From Octopus sinensis (Eukaryota), in contig NC_043000.1 in NCBI RefSeq assembly GCF_006345805.1, positions 116,808,001 to 116,872,000 of the forward strand: 64,000 bases of DNA, in the 5' to 3' direction. This document shows, piece after piece, positions 53,681 through 64,000 of the stretch (the stretch's first letter is position 1; every line of letters begins with the position of its first letter). A program made the position numbers and the translations under genes. The notes under the pieces were generated by a model. The model did not search any database, was not told the origin of the DNA, and saw nothing but the letters and a program-made list of their open reading frames with translations.

Positions 53681-54810
53681 TTAGGTCGTCATGTATGAAA
53701 TTTGTAGAAAAGAAAATAAAAGTTTCATAAAGTTTTATAAATACAAGGAATAGTTTTATTCATCAAAGTATGCACCCATATTGTCAATACACTTTTGCCA
53801 TTTCAGTGGTAGCTTGTCCAGCCCGGAACTGTAAAAGCCTGGCAATCTAGAGTCAATAAAATCTTGGAAGGACTGTTTTACAGCATCGTTGGAATTAAAT
53901 GTTTTTCCTATCAAAAAGTTATCCAAATTCTGGAAGAAGAGGTAGTCAATGGGGGCAAGATCAGGTGAGTATGGTGGATGATGAAGAACTTCCAACTCCA
54001 AATCCTGTAGTTTGGCCAATGTTATTTTTGCGATGTGTGGTCTGGCGTGGTCTTGTAATAAAATAGGAGTGGATCCGTTGACTAATCTAGGCTGTTTTTT
54101 GTAGATTCTGCATCATTTGGTCCAGTTGGCTGCAGTATACTTCGGCCGTGATTGATGAGCCAGGTTTAACGAAATCATAATGGATCACACCTACACCAGA
54201 CCACCAAACACACACCATCAGCTTCTTTTGATGAAATTTGCTATTTGGACTGTGTTTTGGTGGCTCGTCTTTGTTCAACCATTCTGCTGAATAGTAACGG
54301 TTGTTGTATTGGATCCATTTCTCATCACATGCTACAATTCGATTAAAAAATGATTCATTTTTGTGATGAGATAGTAGCATAATGCAGGCTTCGAAACGTA
54401 GCTGTTTCTGATTTTCATTGAGTTCATACGGAACCCACGTATCCAAATTTTTCACTTTACCGAGTTGAAATAGGTGAGTCAATATTGTTTGCTTGTTAAC
54501 ATCAAACAGCAACGACAATTCACGGGCACTTTGAAATGGATCCGACTCGATGGTGGCTTTTAGTTTGTCATTATCCACCTTTGTTTCTGGTCCAACGCGT
54601 TGCTCATTTGTGAGGTCAAACTTACCAGAACGAAATTTTCCAAACCAATTTGATACTGTCTGCTGTGTATTAACATTAGAAGAAAATACTCCATAATTAT
54701 TCCGAGCTGTCTGTGATGCTGTATTTACAAGAAAGAAATCATATTTCAAAACTGTACGAATTTCCGAATTATCCATCTCTACACAAAAATAGTAAAAAAC
54801 GATTTATAAA
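53681..54810 (-). mobile_element. Mariner DNA transposon (cecropia/Hsmar1-like), 5' TIR not found
   Basis: Transposase in two ORFs; TA-TTAGGTCGTC terminal sequence at 53679-53690; no matching TIR seen at the other end. Confidence 0.9.
53756..54776 (-). pseudogene. Mariner DD34D transposase with one frameshift near 54095
   Basis: WVPYEL, CDEKW, LLQDHARPH and HPPYSPDLAPIDY motifs. ORFs 54087-54776 and 53756-54019 are joined by one frameshift in an A-run. Confidence 0.93.
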
Positions 54811-55475
54811 TACTTCATAAAGCGCAATGACATATATTCAATATATACCACCGTTTCTACGATGGCTTTCCTTAGACACTGCAGGGTAAGTGAATCAGAT
54901 CAGGAGAGCTATGACTCTTATAATGATGGAGCCACGTAATTTCTTTCTATTCCTGTGCATTATCGGACATGAAATGCATATTCCTAACTATGTACCTGAT
55001 GTATCCTACATTATATTGACGTATCCCACATTTGATGTATCCAACATTGCACAGTTCTTCGGTGGTTCTCGTCGACCAATTAGTGATTTTTTAAACCTGC
55101 TGAAATTTCTCTGTTGTTTTGTCTAATTCGAACTGCCGAAAATATTTATATCAGTTGATCATCTCCCTTCCACAGATCTCAGTGTCTATTCTCACAAATG
55201 GCCAGGAATTGATCCACGACAAGCAAGTAGCTACCAATGTCTGAGTTGATTTGATTAAAACTTAGAGCCAACCACAGCAGCTACAAAACGGCATTTCTTT
55301 GCGTTTTATCTCTCTAATAGAATTCTACCGAGGTGATATTGTTGGTAGGTTTATTGGAGAAATAAGAAAGTGGAATCTTCATGCAAATTGCTTAAGATTG
55401 CTATTTATGGTCGAACATTTTATTCTAGCCAGACTAACTCCAAAGTTAGTAAACCACAAGTTTAGCCCAAATATA

Positions 55476-55538
<63 letters not shown>

Positions 55539-55984
55539 TGTGTCTGTGTCTGTGTCTGTGTGAAATAATAGTAGCAACACAACTGCAGCGGTGCATATAG
55601 CAGGAACAATCACAGAAAAAAAAAGTGTATGTAAAAGATACAGTCAAAGCTGTGTGTCTTAGTTTCTTCTATACAGATATTTGTCTCTGCATTATTCTGT
55701 ATATTACTGTCGTTCTTGTTTCTGCTTTCTAAGAGGATAAGCAAGCAGAATGGTTAACGCGTTGGAAAAAGTGCTTAGTGACATTTCTTCCACCTTTACG
55801 CCCTGAATTCAAATTCATCCGAGGTCGATTTTGACTTTCATCATTTTGGGGTTGATAAATTAAGCACAAGTTGTGCAATGTGGGTCGATATAATTGATTT
55901 ATCCATTCCCCGCAAAATTTCAAACCTCAAGGCTTATTCCCGCTTTCGTATTCCTAATAAATTAATAAAAATTTGACTAGTTTT

Positions 55985-56385
55985 TTTAAATCTTTATTTG
56001 TTTCAGTTATAAGACTGCGCCGATGATGGGGCAATGCCTTGAAGAATTTCAGTTGAACAAATAAACCCCAGTACTAAACTTTTTCAAGTCTGGTACTTAT
56101 TCTATCGGTCTTACTTGCCGGAACGCTAAGTTACGGTGACGTAGACACACCACCACCACCGGTTTCAAGAAGTGGTGGAAAACAAAGACAGACAGACAGA
56201 CACTTACACACACACACACACACATACACACATACGATTGGATTCTTTCAGTTTTCGTCTATCAATTCCACTCACAAGGCTTTGGTCTGCGGGAGGTTAT
56301 AGAAGGCACCTACCCAAGTTGCCACACAGACGGACTGAACTCGAAACCATGTCGTTGAGGGGAAAATGTTTTACCACACAGACAC
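55985..56385 (-). mobile_element. SINE family A, diverged
   Basis: Homology to family A. Confidence 0.8.
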
Positions 56386-56562
56386 GCTTATAACTTTATT
56401 GCCGAATATTTCATTCATCTACTTATACAATTCCAAGTCTGAATGGTTTGTTTGATGGTTTCTTTGTTCGTTAAGACGGTGGGTGTAATAGTTGACAGTT
56501 GTCAGATTAGATGGTCGACAAACTAGCATTTCCGTGAAAAGTGGCTGCCCATTTGCATATCA

Positions 56563-56563
56563 A

Positions 56564-56613
<50 letters not shown>

Positions 56614-56705
56614 TATTATTATTACTATTACAATTATTATTATCATCATCATCATCATCATCATTATTATTATTATTATTGTTACTATTATTATTATTAT
56701 TTTTA

Positions 56706-56769
<64 letters not shown>

Positions 56770-56852
56770 TACAATTATTATTATTATTATTATTATCATC
56801 ATTATTAATATCATTATTATTACTATTCTTATTATTGTTATCATCATCATCA

Positions 56853-56907
<55 letters not shown>

Positions 56908-56950
56908 CATCATCATCATTATTATTATTAATATTGTTGTTGTTGTTATT
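56563..56950. repeat. (ATT)n microsatellite
   Basis: Direct inspection. Confidence 0.97.
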
Positions 56951-57944
56951 GCGTATTTATTTATTTTTGCTTATAATTTATGATCTGTTTACGTAGTTTA
57001 TCAATCATCTCTGACATATTAGTCGCGCAAAGACTACAACAAAGAAACAATAAGTGGGAAAATAACGATACAAATCCTCATAAACATTTCAAACCAGAAC
57101 GAAATACTTATAACTTGTTTTTCGTCTCTCAATCTCTCATTGTTGTTCCTCATATATCGGTGCTACTTTTGCATTCGCTGCACTTTTGTTGCAACCACTA
57201 TAGCTATGCTGTTATTTTTAATGCTATTATTGTGTTGTTGTTCAAATATTTTATTCTACTATATTTTTTTCTTTGTCATTGGTGAAGTTCTTGATACTGT
57301 TACGTATGTCTTTGTTTTTTGTGCTGTTGATTTGTTGTTTTTTTATTTTTACCGTTTGCAACTTTGTGGCGGCCATTATATTTGCAGATTTCATTTTTTG
57401 CTGTTTCTGTTACTCTTAATACATTTGGTGTTATTACTAATGCTGTTCATTTTTTATATTTTCTGTTTATTTCCATTTTTAGGCATATAATCAGATTGTG
57501 AGTATATCAGTCATCGTCTGGCTCATATTAGCTTGACTTCTTAACAAGTTCTTCACCGATGAAGCCAATGTTAAATCGATACCAGATTGTAGCGATTCTA
57601 TTCTTCACATCCAGTGAACCGTACATACCAATAATTGCCAAAAAATATTACTTTCAATCATAAAGACAATAGTTTAACCGCCATCACCACCAAAACCAAT
57701 TCTCCCGGAACTACCAATAGCCCGCCCAACGGTTTTAGCATATAATGAAAGACATGAAAGGCATGACAGATGGCTTGGATACAGGCAGCAGATATTAAAT
57801 GGGTATCAAATTTCAGATATGGAAATACTGAGACACTTTGGAGTTGCACTTTTCCATAACAATCCAAAATGTGTTCCATGTGTGTGTGTATGTATGTATG
57901 TATGTTTGTATGTATGTATGTATGTATGTATGTATGTATGTATG

Positions 57945-57978
<34 letters not shown>

Positions 57979-58060
57979 TGTATGTATGTATGTGTGTGTA
58001 TGTATGTATGTATGTATGCATGTATGTATGTATGTATATATGTATGTATGTATGTATGCA

Positions 58061-58170
58061 TGTCATTATTCTGTCTTTTATCAAGATTCCTTGGCAATAG
58101 AGAAAGGACCGGTTTCTAACTTGCATCCAAGGTTTCTTCATTGGAATTTCAACATCAACGACAGGGTATG
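58061..58170 (-). mobile_element. RLE-LINE 3'UTR unit embedded in (TATG)n
   Basis: Reverse-complement homolog of 9157-9270. Confidence 0.65.
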
Positions 58171-58429
58171 TATGCATGAACGTATGTGGAAGTCCGTTGT
58201 AATACACAATTAAATATTACTAAGGATTGTATAAAAAGTTGTTCAAATATTTTATGCTTCTTGAAATATAACCAGTTTCTTCTATAGAAAATGTAACAAC
58301 AAAATTTTATATAAACCCCAAATCTTTATATGGGCCCCTGGTGGGAACAACTGATTTCAGAGAAAACAACCACGCGGCTGTCGTGGAGGTACGAACGCCC
58401 CTACGCTTTTGCTTTTGTGAATATATATA

Positions 58430-58842
58430 TAGGAGTGGCTGTGTGGTAAGTAGCTTGCTTACGATCCACATGGTTCGGGGTCTAGTCCCACTGCGTGGCA
58501 CCTTGGGCAAGTGTCTTCTACTATAGCCTGGGGCCGACCAAAGCCTTATGAGTGGATTTGGTAGACGGAAACTGAAAGAAGCCCGTCGTATATATGTATA
58601 TATATATAACAGTGTGTGTGTGTGTGTGTGTACGTGTGTGTATGTTTGTGTGTGAATGTTTGTCCCCCACACCGATGCTGGTGTGTTTACGTCCCTGTAA
58701 CATAGCGGTTCGACTAAAGAGACTGATATAATAAGTACTAGTCTTACAAAGAATAAGTCCTGGGGTCGATTTGCTCGACTAAAGGCGGTGCTCCAGCATG
58801 GCCACAGTCAAATGACTGAAACAAGTAAAAGAGAAAAAGAGT
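58430..58842 (+). mobile_element. SINE family A, full length
   Basis: Homology to family A. Confidence 0.88.
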
Positions 58843-59035
58843 ATACCTATGTTTGAACTCGGTTTTAAAATATTGTGTATCATGAACCAGCGTAGGTCAA
58901 TGTACACTTCCATGCCTTCTGAAGCTCAGCGAAAGGATTTATCCGAATGGTGTCACTACATGAAATGGGTGGAGCTAAAAGAGTAAGGTACTGCCATCTC
59001 ACATCGAAATATCACCAGAGTAATACGAAAATATA

Positions 59036-59265
59036 TATTTCTTTACTACCCAAAAGGGGCTAAACACAGAAAGGACAAACAAGGCCAGACAAACGGATTA
59101 AGTCAATTACGTCGACTGGTGCGTAACTGGTACTTAATTTATCGACTCCGAAAGGATGAAAGGCAAATTCGGCCTTGGCGGAATTTGAACTCAGAACGTA
59201 GCGGTAGACGAAATACTGTTTAGCATTTCGCCCGACGTGCTAACGATTCTGCCAGCTCGCCGCCT
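59036..59265 (-). mobile_element. SINE family B with a 20-bp target-site duplication
   Basis: CAGAGTAATAC(G/A)AAAATATA at 59016-59035 and 59270-59289. Confidence 0.88.
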
Positions 59266-60744
59266 TTATCAGAGTAATACAAAAATATAGTTCATTCTTT
59301 TGACAATAAAAGTAACCCGAGTTTCTGTTGCTCTTATAATGTTACTGTTTTTGCAGATCTATCATAGACACTTTAAAATTCTTGAAAGAGCAATAATTAT
59401 CAAAAATATACTCTGATCAAACGTTGCCAATAATTCCTCAACGCTTAATCAACACAACTAATATAATTATACTGGGATATTAGCTTAAGTCCTAATGCGT
59501 GCGATACGATACTCAAATATATCACGTGTTTTCAATTTTCTTGAAAGCCGTTAAGGTTTTGGGTGATGAAAATAATACTTATATGTTTACGTATTTATGT
59601 TTGCACATATTCATCCATCTGTAGATGTGTAAGTGTAAGAGAGACACAGAGAAGAAATTACTGGGGATGTTTGTGAGTAAATAGTTATGATGTATTAAAG
59701 AATACATTATATTCACGTCTTAAGTTTTGTAACTTATCGCTTCTAGGTGAATCGACAGGAATTTATATACATGTGTATATATATATATATATACACATGT
59801 ACATAAATATATATATATATAAATACATACGTACATACTTACATAAGTACATTCATACATACATACTGCATACATAAACACGCGTGTGTGCATGCATATA
59901 TGTATGCACACACACACACATATATATATATATATGTCTCTGGCTCGAACTGATAAACTCAACACTCACCCTATATGCAGACTTTTCATCCCACCCCCTG
60001 TACATACGTATATGCATATTATATGTATATATATAACCATACATATATATACCATACATACATATATATATATATATTATATATATATATATATAATATA
60101 TATATATATATGAATGTGTGCATGTGTATTTGTGTGTTAGTGTGCATATATATATATACATATGTTTGTGTATGTATTTGTTTCATGTACGTATAACATT
60201 CTACAAGTGATGTCACATTTTTTCTGTTTATATCTCTATCAATTACATACTTGCATGATGATCATAATGGTACTTAATTATATTATCAATTAGATAACTA
60301 GTTAATTAATTAACAATTTACTTAATGCTTAATTGTTTTGCCCGAGTCGTTTCGTCATAGCCCATGGTGGGATCGATAATATATACCCCTTCTCCATTTT
60401 TACATTTATATTTCTTTTTTGCTCTCCCTACTGGAGTTTGGTCTGAAGAGATAGATTTTGATGACATTACGTTGGTAAGTCAATTAAAAAATCAATAATT
60501 TGTGTATATTAATTAAAGTATTTTCTCATTAACTGATAAGAAATGTAACATGTACATGTTTATCGAGACGGGCTTGCAGCAGATTTGGTTAAACAAACTA
60601 GTATTTTACTTCAGCTGTACAATAATATATACATACGCACACAGATGAAGACGTAGTATTTGTACACTAACTACCTGTATGTATATATACACACACAACA
60701 CACACACACACACACCCCACCACATATATATATATATATATATA

Positions 60745-60787
<43 letters not shown>

Positions 60788-61447
60788 GCACAGATAGATA
60801 GATGTGACTAATATATATTTACACACACACATACATACATACAACATACATACAAACACACACACATATATACATGTAGATATATATATACGTATGTATA
60901 TATACATACACAGATAGATAGATGAACAAATATATATATACATACACGCACGCACACACACGCATATATTTATATATAAAACTTAGATAAAACTTAGATA
61001 TGTTTCGACCAGAGATTGGTCCAGGCCATGTCTAACTTAATAGCACCACCTGATAGGATTATTCGAATCCTGTTTAAGTCAAGTTTTGTTCAAGTAGTGA
61101 GTTCTTGTTGGGTGAGTTGTATCCAGTTTTGTTCAAGTAGTGAGTATATATATAATATATATATATACACACACACGATAAGATTTTTGTCCTGCGAAGT
61201 AATATATAAAGTTTAAAATATAAATGAAGGTTTACTCAATACTTTGAACAAGAGTATATATTCATATATTTCTTTGTTATGGAAAAGGTTGATAATGACT
61301 TGAAGGCTTCAACTTGCTAGTTGTTAGCAAATTGGCTGACCACAGCGAGCTGTTCGAAACTTCAAAGTTCCATTGAATGAGCGCCTTGTAAAAAATAATA
61401 CATACATTTCTTAACGAATATATTATATGATCTATATATATAGATAT

Positions 61448-61481
<34 letters not shown>

Positions 61482-62776
61482 GATATATATATATATTATA
61501 TATATATATATATATGTGTAATATATACATATATATATATATATATATACCTTACTTGGAAAAGGATGCACGGCATTCGATCATATGATAATATATAATA
61601 TAAGATATATACAATATATAAATATATATGTTAATATATATATGTATATATGCATGCATATATAGCTAAAGGACTTAAAAAAAAAACGTTGAACGCATAG
61701 AGAAACGAAAAGATAAAATCAAAACCATAGAAACAAACTTTTTGGGGAACAATGAGAAAAACAAACAGAGAAACGAGACGCTTTCGTTTCTCATTGTGTT
61801 CAAGGTTTTTTTAATGTCTTTTCCCCATATATGCGTGTATATATACATATATATGTAGGTATGTACATATATGTATGTATATATGCATATATTTATGTAT
61901 CATTTATATTATATATATTTTTATGTGTGTGTAGGTGAGGGTAATTTAGAGGTTGTAACAACCGTCTAAGGTATAACTTGAATCCTATGAATCCACCTGT
62001 GTATTACCTATATTTAATCATTAGCATGGGTATTAATGCTCATAAATGATAGGTAATGGTAAAAATAAACTAGAGTTTATCTCATAATTCAAAGGAAAAC
62101 AGAAAATGGAGATACAATTAATGGATAACAATTGATTTATCTCAATTATCGGAATCTCGGTTTACAGCTGTTTCAGTTAACATGTTTCTCAGTTCTAGCC
62201 GCCACAATAATAGTAATGATATTTATCATTAGAGGTAATTTATTATATCAAATTGAGTCACGAAGCATCATAATCATGTTTCGTGATTCACTAATACGGA
62301 ACTCATTCTCCCTGTACATAGAAAATAACTGGAAAATATATCTAGGTAACTGTTACAATCTTTGACATAGAAGAGAGATTTAAAGAATTTCAAGCACTCC
62401 TGAATCGACTTGGCATAAACATCCAATTTACGAAAGAATATAGCCACCAACAACTTCGATTCCTCCACATCCTCATTAAGAAATTCAACAACAAAATGGA
62501 AACAAGCGTATATTATAAGCTAACGGACTCCAAATAATATCTGCCGTTCATCTCATGCTACACTAGACACACTTGAATATCTCTTACAATTTGGCAAATA
62601 TAATTGTACTGTAGTATCTTATATAAACACCAGAGACACACGACGACATGAGCTAAAGGATACATTCATCAGCAGGAACTACCCACCATCACTAATTGGA
62701 ATAGGCTTTCATCGTGCCCAACAACTCAACATCCAAGAACTCAGACACCCCAAACTAAAAGACGATTTATCTATTA

Positions 62777-62970
62777 GGCGGCGAGCTGGCAGAAATGTTA
62801 GCACGCCGGGCGAAATGCTTAGCGATATTTCGTCTTACTTTATGTTCCGAGTTCAAATTCTGCCGAGGTCGACTTTGCCTTTCATCCTTTCGGGGTCGAT
62901 AAATTAAGTACCAATTGCGTAGTGGGGTTGATCTAATCGACTAGCCCACTCCCTCAAAATTTCGGGCTTG
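62777..62970 (+). mobile_element. SINE family B inserted in the decayed PLE
   Basis: Homology to family B; splits the PLE coding remnant. Confidence 0.85.
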
Positions 62971-63040
62971 TTCGTAGAGTAGAAAAGAATATTGAGAATG
63001 TCTGGGTCTTGTCTTCTACCTCTCTCTCCCACTGTGTGTG

Positions 63041-63088
<48 letters not shown>

Positions 63089-63845
63089 TGAGAAAGTTGG
63101 TTTGTGTAAGGGAGATAATCGCTTAAATTGTTTGCCTTTCCTTTGGAGTGAATTTCTCTGTATAAGTATGTTGGAATTAAAGGAAATTCTAAACATACAC
63201 CAAATCATTAAAGGCTACAAACAACCTAAATCACTTAAAAAGATTCTCACAAAGGCAAAATTGTTTTCTGAATTACGGATGCAAAAGTTAAAAAAATGTG
63301 AGTAGACCGAACTGTGCAACATGTCCAACCTGCTAGAAGGATCAGAATTCCTCTTCAAAGAGGGACAGAAATTCAAGATCAAATCTAACTTTACTTGTGT
63401 CTCTGAAAACATAATTTATGTCATAAAATGCTCGGGCTGCCACCAAGACTACGGGGTTCCACGGGACTATCACTCAGACGTAGATGCACACTGCATCGAC
63501 AACAGATTGCATTCCCAGAATACAGAATGATACCCTTTAGTGAGCACATGAGAAATGCGTAAAGCAACTACTTACCACAGTTTTTAATCCTTCCATTTTA
63601 CCAATGTGCTATCGGAACACCAACACAAATTAGACTAAACAAGGAACATTCCTCATTGAAAAGTACAAGCCCAGACTTAACCATTCCAACATACTTATAC
63701 AGAGAAATCACTCCAAAGGAAAGGCAAAAAATTTTAAGCGATTCTCCCTTACACCGGAAGAAATCCCTTATTACCTCCCCTTATATGGAACTCTTCTCAA
63801 CATAAACATAACGATAACTCTACTCAACATAAACATAACGATGTA

Positions 63846-63883
63846 AGAAATTTGAAAAGCTGAACGCGAAACCGGTAATTTCT
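63846..63883 (+). ncRNA. Degenerate minimal hammerhead downstream of the decayed PLE
   Basis: AGAAAT-TTGAAAA-GCTGAACGC-GAAA-CCGG-TA-ATTTCT. Stems I, II and palindromic III are intact; the core has two deviations from CUGANGA. Confidence 0.5.
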
Positions 63884-64000
63884 TCTAAACTATGTCATTA
63901 TAAGAAAAAAAATTATAACATTCTTCAGACATATTGACTCAAATATATATTTTTAACCTTTTAAAACAAGCCTTCTGTAGTTTTTTCACTGTTTACTATT

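Larger units (their letters stand above)
62240..63900 (+). pseudogene. Decayed second Penelope-like element (RT, thumb, Cys-rich linker, GIY-YIG), interrupted by a SINE and (TA)n
   Basis: Translates in pieces as NNWKIYLGNCY (degenerate YLDD), LNRLGINIQFTKEYS..LRFLHILIK..ETSVYYKLTDSK, LKDTFISRNYP, GYKQPKSLKKIL, RPNCATC, FTCVSENIIYVIKCSGC. Multiple stops and frameshifts. Confidence 0.85.

Noticed and set aside
60991-61038. GACC..GGTC-GAAA-CATATC, the 3' half of a hammerhead in a small fold-back
   Set aside because: The CUGANGA half is absent; too degenerate to call

Overview
AT-rich eukaryotic DNA saturated with repeats; the SINE types and the long (TA)n/(CATA)n tracts suggest an Octopus-like cephalopod genome (inference). 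No host gene is confidently identifiable, only a few weak exon candidates. Most ORFs in the track are translated microsatellites. The most informative content is a set of hammerhead-ribozyme (HHR) retroelements at 26.5-34.8 kb: (1) a young, 5'-truncated Penelope-like element (RT + C-terminal GIY-YIG, minus strand) with about 1.2-kb inverted arms, each carrying a minimal type I HHR; (2) a non-coding element with a 506-nt repeat period, a well-formed type I HHR and an inverted 5' copy (retrozyme or miniature PLE); (3) a fold-back pair of a tRNA-B-box/(AAT)n/HHR chimera. Also present: a decayed second Penelope-like element (62.2-63.9 kb), many 3' ends of an RLE-type (R4/Dong-like) LINE that end in (CATA)n, a near-complete mariner plus older mariner remnants and MITEs, four tRNA-derived SINE families (labelled A-D here), a 463-bp triplication inside a SINE, and a ~1.05-kb local duplication. 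Identities were judged by eye and family names are not database-verified.
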